The position numbers were made by a program, and so were the translations under genes. A stretch of DNA of 38,416 bases. Origin: Chitinophagaceae bacterium (lineage in GTDB: Bacteria; Bacteroidota; Bacteroidia; Chitinophagales; Chitinophagaceae). A model generated the notes under the pieces. The model made no database searches. It was not told where the DNA came from and saw nothing but the letters and a program-made list of their open reading frames with translations. Where the stretch lies: contig DASYSW010000331.1 in assembly GCA_036002905.1 (NCBI GenBank), positions 1 through 38,416 on the forward strand. Direction: 5' to 3'. The stretch's first letter is position 1, and the number at the start of each line of letters is the position of its first letter. Below, one piece after another: positions 9,567 through 18,749 of this stretch.

Positions 9567-10871
9567 CTATATTTTCCAATCTACGATCTCATTTTCCCAT
9601 TCGGCCATGTAGGGTGTTGTAACCTTAATGTAGTTATCAGTAAATCCTTCCATCATTCCGTTCTTTTCGTTGGCCTCAAACAAAACTTTGCGAACCTCGC
9701 CGGTATGCTGCTCTGTGAAGTATTGCATCTTCATATAGGAAAGGTTACGGAGTGTTTTGTTTCTTTCGTGACGAACATGTACGGGAACCACTGGCTTTAT
9801 AGACAGCGCGTGAGTATTGTCTCTTTCCGAATAAGTGAAAACATGTAGATACGAAATGTCCAAAGAATGCAGGAAGTCAAATGTCTCCTTGAAATCTTCA
9901 TCGGATTCAGAAGGAAAGCCGACAATCACGTCTACACCGATACAACAATGGGGCATTAAAGTTTTAATGAGATTAACACGATCGGCATACAATTCCCGTT
10001 TGTACCTTCTTCTCATCAGGCCCAATATCTTGTTGCTGCCGCTTTGCAGGGGTATGTGAAAATGTGGCATGAACCTGTCGCTGTTGGCTACAAATTCAAT
10101 GATCTCGTTTGTAAGCAAATTCGGTTCAATAGACGAAATGCGATAGCGTTGAATGCCATTCACTTTTTCCAATTCTTGTATTAACGCAAAAAAATTTTCT
10201 TTTCTTTCATGGGGAGGTTGCAAAGAACTTGCCCCTTTGCGTGAGGATTGAAGAGGGCTCCGAAAATCTCCAAGATTCACTCCTGTCAACACGATCTCTT
10301 TTACACCCTGTAAAGCGAGGTGTTCAGCATTTTTGATGACGTGATCGATGGAATCGCTACGGCTTTTGCCCCTTGCCAAAGGGATGGTACAAAAAGAGCA
10401 ATTATAGTCGCAACCATCCTGGACCTTCAAAAAGGTTCTCGTCCGGTCATGAATAGAGTAAGATGAATGGAAATCTGAAATTTCACCGATGTCGCAACTG
10501 CAAATTTTAGCGGAATCACCCTTGCTCAATTCTCGAAGATGAGTGGCAAGGTTAAATTTTTCCGCGGCGCCCAGCACAAGATCAACGCCGGGAATCTCAG
10601 AAATTTCTTTTGGCTTTAATTGAGCATAGCAGCCAGTGATAACAACGAGACTTTGGGGAGCTTTTCGCTGGATACGCCGAACCAGCTGGCGACATTCTTT
10701 ATCAGCATTTTCAGTAACCGAGCACGTATTGATGACATACACATCAGCCAATTCGTCAAATTCTTTTTTTTTGAAGCCTTCACCTTCAAGCATTCTGGAG
10801 AGGGTGGAGGTTTCAGAAAAATTTAGCTTGCAGCCAAGGGTATGAAAAGCTACTGTTCTTGCTTCCGCCAT
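9567..10871 (-). CDS. mtaB: tRNA methylthiotransferase, MtaB-like radical SAM enzyme (MiaB/RimO family)
   Basis: AFHTLGCKLNFSETS is the N-terminal UPF0004 cysteine domain. CDYNCSFCTIP is the radical-SAM CxxxCxxC motif, and a C-terminal TRAM-like region follows. The ATG at 10871 is preferred over the TTG at 10880. Confidence 0.85.
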   Translation of the reverse strand: MAEARTVAFHTLGCKLNFSETSTLSRMLEGEGFKKKEFDELADVYVINTCSVTENADKECRQLVRRIQRKAPQSLVVITGCYAQLKPKEISEIPGVDLVLGAAEKFNLATHLRELSKGDSAKICSCDIGEISDFHSSYSIHDRTRTFLKVQDGCDYNCSFCTIPLARGKSRSDSIDHVIKNAEHLALQGVKEIVLTGVNLGDFRSPLQSSRKGASSLQPPHERKENFFALIQELEKVNGIQRYRISSIEPNLLTNEIIEFVANSDRFMPHFHIPLQSGSNKILGLMRRRYKRELYADRVNLIKTLMPHCCIGVDVIVGFPSESDEDFKETFDFLHSLDISYLHVFTYSERDNTHALSIKPVVPVHVRHERNKTLRNLSYMKMQYFTEQHTGEVRKVLFEANEKNGMMEGFTDNYIKVTTPYMAEWENEIVDWKI

Positions 10872-10877
10872 AGCCGG

Positions 10878-10885
10878 CAAAGATA
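10878..10885 (-). promoter_or_regulatory. Candidate Bacteroidota -7 promoter box TATCTTTG (TAnnTTTG), 6 nt upstream of the mtaB ATG
   Basis: The minus strand reads ...ccTATCTTTGccggctATG, an exact match to TAnnTTTG. I did not identify a clear -33 element. Confidence 0.35.
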
Positions 10886-10893
10886 GGGTAATA

Positions 10894-11043
10894 GTGGTGA
10901 GTGGTGAATGGCGAACGGTGAGTGGTGAGTGGTCATTAGGTCATTTAAGTCATTTGGTGATCGGTGATTGGGTGATTGTCCTAAATAATGACTTAATGAC
11001 TTACTGACCAGATTGACTCACTGACTAAAATGACGTAATGGCC
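10894..11043. repeat. Largest copy of the heptad nnGGTGA tandem repeat, followed by GGTCA/AGTCA units and an inverted TGAC-unit arm
   Basis: The tandem part reads gtGGTGAgtGGTGAatGGCGAacGGTGAgtGGTGAgtGGTCAttaGGTCAtttaAGTCAtttGGTGAtcGGTGAttgGGTGA. The inverted arm reads aaTGACttaaTGACttacTGACCagatTGACtcacTGACtaaaaTGACgtaaTGGCC. The reverse complement of the right arm aligns imperfectly with the left GGTCA part. Confidence 0.75.
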
Positions 11044-11117
11044 AGAATTCAAACCGGCATTATTTGTGATTTTCCATCATCTACGCATCTTAGTAATTTG
11101 CATAAAACTTTTTATTT

Positions 11118-12032
11118 ATGAAGAAATGGAGTGTTGGTTTGTTGATGGTGATGACCTCGTTAATAACATTGGCCCAGGAAAAAAATAAGAAGGATTTCAA
11201 TACATTATTGTGGCAAATATCCGGTAATGGACTAACGAGGCCATCCTACCTGTTTGGTACAATACATATGATCTGTTCCGAGGAGGCTTTCTTGAGTGAT
11301 AGCTTGAAAACTGCCATTGAAAACAGCGACGCAGTTTATTTTGAAGTGGATATGGACAATTTGTTTGAGATGCTGGGTGTAATGAGGAAGATGAAGATGC
11401 GTAATGACACAACACTGGCCGACCTTCTGAGTAAAGAGGACTATACCAGGGTGAAAAATTACTTCGAGAGCAATGAAACTTTGCTTCCATTCTCCGTTTT
11501 GGAAACCTGTAAACCGCTTTTGGCGGCTTCGATGCTAATGGAAGGAAGTACCGGGTGCGCAACCCCGGAAGCAATGGAGGAAGTGATCATGAAAGAAGCA
11601 AAGCAATACGGCAAAAATGTGAAAGGATTGGAATCAATGTCTTTTCAAATGAGCATTTTTGACACCATTCCTTATAAAATGCAGGCAATGCAATTAGTAA
11701 AATATATCGACGATGCCGATAAAGGAACCAGTGATGATGCGCAGGAGTATGATAAGCTAATGCAGGCCTATAGAGATCAAGATCTCTCAAAACTTGAGGA
11801 GCTAACAAGAACGACTGACATGGGCATCGCCAACTTTACCGATATTTTGTTATATAACAGGAACAAAAATTGGGTCGAGAAGCTAAAAACCATTTTACCC
11901 GGTAATTCCGTTGTTGTAGCTGTAGGTGCCGGTCACTTACCCGGCGACAAAGGAGTAATCAACTTATTGCGTAAAGCCGGTTACACGGTAAAACCTGTAC
12001 CGAATAAGATCAAACGATCGAACCAGATCTAA
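11118..12032 (+). CDS. TraB/GumN family protein, secreted
   Basis: There is a signal peptide, then LLWQISGNGLTRPSYLFGTIHM and AVGAGHLPG, both typical of GumN/TraB. Confidence 0.8.
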   Translation: MKKWSVGLLMVMTSLITLAQEKNKKDFNTLLWQISGNGLTRPSYLFGTIHMICSEEAFLSDSLKTAIENSDAVYFEVDMDNLFEMLGVMRKMKMRNDTTLADLLSKEDYTRVKNYFESNETLLPFSVLETCKPLLAASMLMEGSTGCATPEAMEEVIMKEAKQYGKNVKGLESMSFQMSIFDTIPYKMQAMQLVKYIDDADKGTSDDAQEYDKLMQAYRDQDLSKLEELTRTTDMGIANFTDILLYNRNKNWVEKLKTILPGNSVVVAVGAGHLPGDKGVINLLRKAGYTVKPVPNKIKRSNQI

Positions 12033-12035
12033 AGA

Positions 12036-12458
12036 TCAAATCCTTTCAAGGTTGCTGAAAAAGAAATTCCCTTCAATGATGGCGTTCGCATCACTGTCAC
12101 TTCCATGAACAGCATTTTCTCCAACAGATGTGGCAAATAGTTTTCTAATTGTTCCTTCAGCTGCCTGTGACGGGTTTGTCGCGCCGATCAGATCGCGAAA
12201 AGAGGCTACAGCATTTTCCTTTTCTAAAATGGCTGCAATGATGGGACCGCTGCTCATAAATTCAACAAGCTCTCCATAAAACGGTCTTTCTTTATGTATG
12301 GCATAAAATTCTCCCGCCTTGTCAGCCGAGAGCCTGGTCAGTTTCAACGCCATGATCCGAAATCCTTCTTTTATGATACGGTCAATGATAGCGCCTGCGT
12401 GACCATTCTTCATAGCATCAGGTTTTATCATCGTAAATGTCTGGTTGCTCATACTCAT
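12036..12458 (-). CDS. ndk: Nucleoside-diphosphate kinase
   Basis: TFTMIKPDA..., IRKLF and NAVHGSDS (active-site His) are present. The protein is 140 aa. The start may instead be the second Met at 12452. Confidence 0.92.
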   Translation of the reverse strand: MSMSNQTFTMIKPDAMKNGHAGAIIDRIIKEGFRIMALKLTRLSADKAGEFYAIHKERPFYGELVEFMSSGPIIAAILEKENAVASFRDLIGATNPSQAAEGTIRKLFATSVGENAVHGSDSDANAIIEGNFFFSNLERI

Positions 12459-12502
12459 ATTCTTTTTGCACCTGCCTTCCCATAGTTACGGCAGGCAGGG
12501 CG

Positions 12503-12510
12503 CAAATGTA
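12503..12510 (-). promoter_or_regulatory. Candidate -7 box TACATTTG for ndk
   Basis: The minus strand reads cttaTACATTTGcgcc, about 45 nt upstream of the ndk ATG. This is an exact TAnnTTTG match. Confidence 0.4.
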
Positions 12511-12578
12511 TAAGAAAGTTGGCAGTGAAATGAAACTGTTTTCGCGTAAACAGATTTTCCGGCAAATTCTTTTGTCTT

Positions 12579-12586
12579 TACATTTG
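12579..12586 (+). promoter_or_regulatory. Candidate -7 box TACATTTG for tRNA-Lys
   Basis: An exact TAnnTTTG match ends 10 nt before the mature tRNA 5' end. Confidence 0.5.
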
Positions 12587-12596
12587 CCGTCCATTT

Positions 12597-12669
12597 GACT
12601 CCGTAGCTCAGTTGGTAGAGCAACAGACTCTTAATCTGTGGGTCCAGAGTTCGAGCCTCTGCGGGGTCA
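12597..12669 (+). tRNA. tRNA-Lys (anticodon CTT)
   Basis: I folded a 73-nt cloverleaf by hand. The acceptor stem is GACTCCG/CGGGGTC and the D arm is GCTC-AGTTGGTA-GAGC. The anticodon arm is ACAGA-CTCTTAA-TCTGT and the T arm is CAGAG-TTCGAGC-CTCTG. The discriminator is A, and no CCA is encoded. Confidence 0.92.
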
Positions 12670-12671
12670 CT

Positions 12672-12698
12672 AAGCCTTGATTTCGTCAGGGCTTTTTT
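12672..12698 (+). terminator. Rho-independent terminator after tRNA-Lys
   Basis: The stem AGCCTTGA/TCAGGGCT (one G-U pair) with loop TTTCG is followed by TTTTTT. Confidence 0.65.
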
Positions 12699-12818
12699 AT
12701 TTCTCTTCAGAGTTCAGTATTGTCTGGCAACAGGGCAACCGTTATCAAGATTCCCCCGTTATACGGCAATTAAACCTCAAAAAAAACGTTACAATAGAGC
12801 GTCAAACCCGTGCCCTGT

Positions 12819-13208
12819 ATGCTTAAAGCCACCCTGTTGTTTCTTGCCATCATCCTTGTGACCACGACGTACTCCCAGTCGGTCAAACTTGTTCCTCATA
12901 GCGGTTTAGCGAAAATACTTGGAAGAATGCACGGCGAAGAGGAAGATTATGCGATTACAATCGGCAGAACCATCTTTCTTAGTTGCAGTAAGCAGGATTT
13001 CTTATCCGATACACCCTGGGTCAGGCATGAGTTCACCCATGTAAAGCAATATAAAAAATATGGCGTTCTTGAATTTGCAAAGAGATATTTGTTCTCTGCG
13101 ATATTTTATCGTTCTTACGCCAAGATCCCATTTGAAAAGGAAGCTATTTCTGCGGAAGGTCCTAAGCCAATTTACAGGAAACCTTCAGTAAGCATGAATT
13201 CTTATTGA
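12819..13208 (+). CDS. Small secreted protein with an HExxH-like motif (DUF4157-like)
   Basis: The signal peptide is MLKATLLFLAIILVTTTYSQ. The block ITIGRTIFLS...VRHEFTHVKQYKKYGVLEF resembles the DUF4157 metallopeptidase-like core. This is from memory and needs an HMM check. Confidence 0.5.
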   Translation: MLKATLLFLAIILVTTTYSQSVKLVPHSGLAKILGRMHGEEEDYAITIGRTIFLSCSKQDFLSDTPWVRHEFTHVKQYKKYGVLEFAKRYLFSAIFYRSYAKIPFEKEAISAEGPKPIYRKPSVSMNSY

Positions 13209-13226
13209 CGAAGGCATAATAATTTG

Positions 13227-13976
13227 CTATGATGCGATCAGCTTGAGAAACTCATCCTTCTTCCTCCTGGCTACATCAATGACATCTCCATTTTGCAATA
13301 CAACCTGTCCTCCTTCGCCCCGGATATATTTTTCAATGTATGTGAGGTTGATAACGTGCGAATGGTGAACGCGGTAGAACCGGTAAGGCAAGAGCATTTC
13401 CTCAAAATCCTTAAGAAGTCGTGTAACAAGTACTGTTTGGCCGTTAAGCAAATACAGTTTGGAATAATTAGAGCTCGATTCAATGCGTATGATATTTTTT
13501 ATATTAATGAACTCCATCCCGTCACCGGTCGGAATAGCGATCCGGTCTTCCTGCGATCTGTTTTCCTGCAAGCTCTTTCTTAAAACACTCAATTTGTCCT
13601 GGGTCTGCCGCCTGTGCTTTATCATTAACCTGGCTACGGCATTTTGCAGATCCTCTACAGAAATCGGCTTCATCAGGTAATCAAAAGCACTTATGCGAAT
13701 TGCATCAATGGCGTAATGGTTATACGCCGTTGTAAAAATTATATCAGCGTCAATGTTCTCGAGTTCGTCCAGCATTCTGAATCCGTTCATACGCGGCATT
13801 TCAATATCAAGAAATATTACATCGGGCTTGTGGTGCCGGATCAGAAATATTGCCTCTTCGGGTTTATTGGGAGTGGCAACAACTCTTATTTCAGGACAAA
13901 ATTCTGCGATCTTCTGTTGCAGGTTTTGCAGACTGCTCAGTTCATCATCTACCAATATCGCCTTTAGTATTTCCAT
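13227..13976 (-). CDS. LytR/AlgR-family response regulator (REC plus LytTR DNA-binding domain)
   Basis: The receiver domain is ILVDDE...PDVIFLDIEMPRMNG...KP. The C-terminal LytTR block is FYRVHHSHVINLTYI. Confidence 0.9.
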   Translation of the reverse strand: MEILKAILVDDELSSLQNLQQKIAEFCPEIRVVATPNKPEEAIFLIRHHKPDVIFLDIEMPRMNGFRMLDELENIDADIIFTTAYNHYAIDAIRISAFDYLMKPISVEDLQNAVARLMIKHRRQTQDKLSVLRKSLQENRSQEDRIAIPTGDGMEFINIKNIIRIESSSNYSKLYLLNGQTVLVTRLLKDFEEMLLPYRFYRVHHSHVINLTYIEKYIRGEGGQVVLQNGDVIDVARRKKDEFLKLIAS

Positions 13977-13979
13977 ATT

Positions 13980-16900
13980 TTAAACTGCCTTTATCAAGAT
14001 ATCAACTTTTGTTCCCGATGACTCGCCATTCTTATCAAAGAGGTCGGTAATGGTAACGCGACCATTCGCATTTTGCTTGCGATTAAAGATATTTATCCGC
14101 TCTTCTGTGATTGCGAGTCCTACACTTTTATGACGAGGCCTGTTTTGCTTATTGTACTTCGATGATAGTTGTCGTCCGATTCCATTGTCCTCAATGCTGT
14201 AATGAATATATTCTTGCTCCATGATGGCACAGACAGTTAAGCTCAGATCATCTCTTTCAATATGCGCCAGCCCATGTATGATGGCGTTTTCGACATAGGG
14301 CTGAATGAGCAAAGCGGGGACCTTATAATCGCCATTGAGCAACACAGGGTCGACATGAAGTTTGAAACAAAACTTATCATTAAAACGCAACTGCTCCAGG
14401 TCAACGTATAAACGTAGCGCTTCCATGTCCCTGGCCAGCGGCACAAGTTCATTTCGGCTACTGTCAAGGATCATTCGTATCAGTCGTGCAAATTTGTTAA
14501 GGTAACTGCTGGCGAGACGTTTTTCATTTTGCATCATAAAATTTTCAATGCTGTTCAGGCTGTTGAAAATAAAATGCGGATTCATTTGCGATCTCAACGC
14601 CATCATTTCAGTTTCGGCAATTTTTTGTTTGAATGAAGCTTCGTGCCGTATCCTCACGATACGTCTTCGTGTCAGGAAAGTAGCCAGGGCGATTAGTAAC
14701 GCGAGGCATGAGAGCTTGAACCAATTGGTTTGCCACCAGTAAGGCTGAACGACGATTGCTACATCATCTTCGTTGCTTAGAAGCTCGCTGTATTGATTAC
14801 CACCTTTCACACGCAAAGTATATTTCCCCGGCGAAAGATTGTAAAAGGCAAGATGACCATTTTCGTTTTGTTGCCAGTTGTCCATCGCGCCATCCAATTT
14901 GTAATAGTACCTATTGTCGCCGTCGTAATTCGTAACAGAAAAATCGACTGTGAGTCTCTTTTGACCCGGCGTGGCTATCATTTCTTTTTCTCCTGAAGAA
15001 GTAAAACGAAAAAAGTACGGCGAATCCATTATCGTCGCCTCGCTGAAATGTACAGGGATCTTTTGGTCGGGGTAGTTAAGTAATTCAGATGGGTGGATGT
15101 GGATCACGTATCCTTGCACACAACTGCAAAGGGAGTGGTCTTTCCCCATTCGAAATGTGCCATTCGAATTATTTTTTAATCCTGCGGTAATTGTTAATTG
15201 ACGCACCTGGCCGCTCTTGTGCAGGATATAAAAAATCCCGCGCTCCGTATCTAACCAGGCATTTTGCTGTTCGTCAAAAATGATTCCTGTAATATCTACT
15301 CCGCCAATTAATTCATTGCCTGTGTAATCACGGACCATTTTTTTTGTAACAGGGTCATAAGTAATAACACCGGTGTAAGTTGCTATCCATAGAAGGCCCG
15401 ACTTGTCTTCAGTTATTGCTTGAAAGCTATTGCTGTGTTCTTCCAAATCTTTTCCCTGGAACCTGAATAACGTGATGAATCGATCAGCTTGGGGATCATA
15501 TTTGAGAAGGCCTTCGCCGACGGCTGTAACATATAACTCTTTTTTACTTGTGAGATATATGCTCAACAAATCAGCTGGGACACAATTACTGCATTGGGGT
15601 GAATTAACGAAATGTTTCAAAAATTTCCTGGCGATCGGATTAAAGACATAAATGCCATTGGGTCCGTTATTCCGTGTTCGTATCCACCACGTGTGATCAT
15701 TGACGATTGTAATCGTTCGTAACCCGGTATTTGACGTTCCTTCGGTAGGTTTATAGAGCACAGCTTTCTTTGATCCGAGGTTATAGTGAACAAGAAACTC
15801 ATTTGTTGTGAACCATAAAATACTGTCTCCCTCGTTGCTTATATAAAAAGGCTTTAGTGAATCAGCGAGGGGAAGATTTCCATGATCGGTCTGTACATTA
15901 TTAACGGTCTCTGTTAACACCCCTTCCTTATCGAAATGAAAAAGACCTGGGCCGATCCATCGTGTCATCCAATATCCACTCGAAAGATCGCATAAAGAAT
16001 AGATCCAGTCTGATGCCGTCGAATGTGGTGCATCGTCGCCGAAAATATTCCAGAGATCAAATAGTTGATGTGACGGCCGTACAAAACAAAGACCACCTTC
16101 GGTGGCGATCCATAAAATGTTTTGCCGGTCAACGAAAACGCACTGCACCACGTTGTTTAGTGATGTGTGCCCCGGGAAGTAAGAAAGGTGAAAAGTGTAT
16201 TCCTTAGTCGTCAAGGAAATTGGATCAACTAAAATAATACCATTGTCAGTGCCCAGCACCAACCATCGATTATGATGCCGGTCCCTCCACTCGGTAATAG
16301 AATGTATAACCTGGCTTGAACTTTCCAGTTTAATGTTACAGGCTTTACCGCTCTTTGGATCAAAGCTCATGAGCCCTCCACCAAAAGAACCTAACCACAT
16401 TTGAAGATTCGAATCCTGGTAAATGGCTTCGATATTCCCCGCAAAAGGGCCAAATACTTTTGCCACTGTCATTGTTTTCTTGTTTACGAGGAACACAAAT
16501 CCCTGTTTAATCCCCCACAAATTCCCTTGTCGATCGCGCGTTAAGTTTTGGTATGCTTCAATTTTTCTTTTTTCAAGATTCTCAAGGCTCTTGATCCCGG
16601 TAAAAATCTTATTATAATGGAGTGAGCTATCGAAATAATAGACGGACGATGACGTAGTGAGCCATGTCGAATTGGGCTTTTCAATATAAATATTTGCGTA
16701 CTGGTCATCATCCAAACTGGCAGGGTCGGCCGGATTGTGACGGAAATTTTTAAACGTGCCGTTTTTTTTATCATAAACAGTGATGCCTTCCCGTGTGGTG
16801 ACCCAAAGTCGATCATTCCCATCGGCAACTATTTGGTGAACCCCATTATTGATGAGCGAATTTTCGTTGACCGGGTTGTGATAAAAGCGCTTCACCCGGT

Positions 16901-17093
16901 AGCCATCCAAACGATTCAGACCGTCACCGGTTCCGATCCAAATAAAACCTTCTTCATCCTGGGCGATACAACTGACATTATTACTCGACAGTCCCTCTCT
17001 TTCGGTAAGGTAATTGAACTGGATATTGGGAAATTGTTGCGAGTATGCATTACAACAAAGGAGACAGATCATATATAAAGACCATGCTTTCAA
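13980..17093 (-). CDS. Sensor histidine kinase with periplasmic two-component-regulator propeller repeats, a Y_Y_Y domain, one TM segment and a LytS-type His_kinase/HATPase
   Basis: There is a signal peptide, then repeated propeller motifs (IWIGT.GL...). The Y_Y_Y block is YYYKLDGAMDNWQQ...YNLSPGKYTLRVKG and the TM segment is WFKLSCLALLIALATFL. LRSQMNPHFIFNSLNSI matches PF06580-type kinases. The gene stops 3 nt before the response-regulator start. Confidence 0.88.
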   Translation of the reverse strand: MKAWSLYMICLLCCNAYSQQFPNIQFNYLTEREGLSSNNVSCIAQDEEGFIWIGTGDGLNRLDGYRVKRFYHNPVNENSLINNGVHQIVADGNDRLWVTTREGITVYDKKNGTFKNFRHNPADPASLDDDQYANIYIEKPNSTWLTTSSSVYYFDSSLHYNKIFTGIKSLENLEKRKIEAYQNLTRDRQGNLWGIKQGFVFLVNKKTMTVAKVFGPFAGNIEAIYQDSNLQMWLGSFGGGLMSFDPKSGKACNIKLESSSQVIHSITEWRDRHHNRWLVLGTDNGIILVDPISLTTKEYTFHLSYFPGHTSLNNVVQCVFVDRQNILWIATEGGLCFVRPSHQLFDLWNIFGDDAPHSTASDWIYSLCDLSSGYWMTRWIGPGLFHFDKEGVLTETVNNVQTDHGNLPLADSLKPFYISNEGDSILWFTTNEFLVHYNLGSKKAVLYKPTEGTSNTGLRTITIVNDHTWWIRTRNNGPNGIYVFNPIARKFLKHFVNSPQCSNCVPADLLSIYLTSKKELYVTAVGEGLLKYDPQADRFITLFRFQGKDLEEHSNSFQAITEDKSGLLWIATYTGVITYDPVTKKMVRDYTGNELIGGVDITGIIFDEQQNAWLDTERGIFYILHKSGQVRQLTITAGLKNNSNGTFRMGKDHSLCSCVQGYVIHIHPSELLNYPDQKIPVHFSEATIMDSPYFFRFTSSGEKEMIATPGQKRLTVDFSVTNYDGDNRYYYKLDGAMDNWQQNENGHLAFYNLSPGKYTLRVKGGNQYSELLSNEDDVAIVVQPYWWQTNWFKLSCLALLIALATFLTRRRIVRIRHEASFKQKIAETEMMALRSQMNPHFIFNSLNSIENFMMQNEKRLASSYLNKFARLIRMILDSSRNELVPLARDMEALRLYVDLEQLRFNDKFCFKLHVDPVLLNGDYKVPALLIQPYVENAIIHGLAHIERDDLSLTVCAIMEQEYIHYSIEDNGIGRQLSSKYNKQNRPRHKSVGLAITEERINIFNRKQNANGRVTITDLFDKNGESSGTKVDILIKAV

Positions 17094-17172
17094 AATTGTC
17101 TCTTGTGTATATAAATATAAATAATTGGCAAGACTGCCCGGTAGAATTTTATTTACAAAGCTGTGCTGCTAT

Positions 17173-17856
17173 TTACTTTGACGGAACCTCAAACGTGTCT
17201 AATCGCAAAGGGATATTTATTTTGGCATTGTCAAGATGTAAATTCATAGTTAAGGTTTGCCCTTTTTTTGGATCAGTCGCAATGATTTTCATTTTGACAA
17301 GGCCGCCCCATTTAAATATCGTCCCATTAAAAGCCATCCCAGGCAGGTCAGCGCTGATGGTTTTGAGTGCATTCATCAATTCCGAAAAACCAGGGATCTG
17401 GGTACTCATCCAGTAGTCACTAATTTCATGGGTGCCTGCGCCATGTTGAAGATGCGTGCAAGCATAACCGCCTACATTCTCGCTTCCGATCTCATTTACG
17501 TTAGGATCGGAATCTGCAGCCCCGCCACCCTTATTCACGTAAGATTTATGAGTAGTGAAATTGTAGAGGATAGTCTGCTGAGGATTCGAAAATTTGTAGA
17601 ACAGGGCAATATGCGAATTTATAGTTCCCGTCATTGTAACCTCGTACCGAACGCCAACCAAAGTATCTATTGTTACCTCGATCCCGATACCCATATTATA
17701 CTCGCCGGTAACATTTCCCTTATAATCGAGCACTACGCGTGCCGCAAGGCGGTTACCACGCTGAATGGCGACATTCTCCACGACTTTGGACGGGTTCAGC
17801 GCCGCCGAACCGAGAACGATTGGCGATAACAGTAAAAAATTTTTGAATGATTTCAT
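17173..17856 (-). CDS. Secreted hypothetical protein (DUF4412-like)
   Basis: It has a signal peptide. The block ENVGGYACTHLQHG....DYWMSTQIPGF resembles the DUF4412 G-Y-x-C core. The assignment is tentative. Confidence 0.55.
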   Translation of the reverse strand: MKSFKNFLLLSPIVLGSAALNPSKVVENVAIQRGNRLAARVVLDYKGNVTGEYNMGIGIEVTIDTLVGVRYEVTMTGTINSHIALFYKFSNPQQTILYNFTTHKSYVNKGGGAADSDPNVNEIGSENVGGYACTHLQHGAGTHEISDYWMSTQIPGFSELMNALKTISADLPGMAFNGTIFKWGGLVKMKIIATDPKKGQTLTMNLHLDNAKINIPLRLDTFEVPSK

Positions 17857-17888
17857 ATCTGCTAGTTTGATTAAATTAAAACTTCCGG

Positions 17889-18677
17889 CTATTCTTTGTC
17901 CACTATTTTCAAATCTCCATTAGCCTGGATCAGTATAGAGACTATTGGCCCGCTTACCCCAAGCGTTTTAAGATATTGCGCGAAGGGGCTTGAGATCAGA
18001 CCACTGTTTTGATCAACAAAATCTTCTATGAATTTTTCGATCGCAGTTTGCATATCGCTCTTTCTGTTTGGCTCAAAAATTTCACACAAGAAAGCGCATG
18101 CATTATTTACACAGGGCCCACTTTCCGCTATACTGGCATTGAATGATACATCACCAGATCCAATACTTATAGTGCCTTCGCTATTTGGTGAAAATGTAAG
18201 TGGAATTATCGCGGTGGTATTAGAAAGATCCAGCCTCGGGGATCCGCAAATGCAGGCGATATTGTTTACGCAATCACCGATGATCTCGGTGCCATCACTT
18301 TCAAAAGCAACGCTGATATATGCCTCGCCATTGTACGCGTCTGTGGAAAAACCAGAAGAGTTCACATCGTTGATATAAATAGAATACGGATCCTGGCGAG
18401 TGACCGGCGAGTCAAATGCCCAGGGAACACTGCTTAACGAGGGAATAGCCAGTGAACTTGACTTTGGATTGTCAAAAGCATAGGTGTCGTCTTGTTCATA
18501 TTGATGTTTAGTAGAAGTGAAATTATTTAGGTGCAATTTCATCCCATTAAAAATATAGCTAAGGCCCCCGATCCATTGCTGTTTTGGAAAATTATGCGTG
18601 ACAAAGTTTGAGGATTTTTTTTCGCAGTTCAAGTAAAAGCAACAAATGCTGGTTAAGAGAAAAATTAATTTTTTCAT
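17889..18677 (-). CDS. Hypothetical lipoprotein, Cys-rich, with no family recognised
   Basis: 262-aa ORF with a lipoprotein-like N-terminus (MKKLIFLLTSICCFYLNC). It lies 32 and 72 bp from co-directional neighbours. Confidence 0.6.
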   Translation of the reverse strand: MKKLIFLLTSICCFYLNCEKKSSNFVTHNFPKQQWIGGLSYIFNGMKLHLNNFTSTKHQYEQDDTYAFDNPKSSSLAIPSLSSVPWAFDSPVTRQDPYSIYINDVNSSGFSTDAYNGEAYISVAFESDGTEIIGDCVNNIACICGSPRLDLSNTTAIIPLTFSPNSEGTISIGSGDVSFNASIAESGPCVNNACAFLCEIFEPNRKSDMQTAIEKFIEDFVDQNSGLISSPFAQYLKTLGVSGPIVSILIQANGDLKIVDKE

Positions 18678-18749
18678 GACTCGACTTTTTGCGGTGAATA
18701 AAATTTTTTCATCGCTATCATCAGGCCTGTCCTATCGAAAAGTGAATAC

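Noticed and set aside
10894-11043. Short tandem repeats that might be mistaken for a CRISPR array. The same applies to 22376-22414 and 29929-30103.
   Set aside because: The units are 7 nt and contiguous with no unique spacers. The 52-nt sdh unit has only two copies separated by 13 nt. No cas genes are present.
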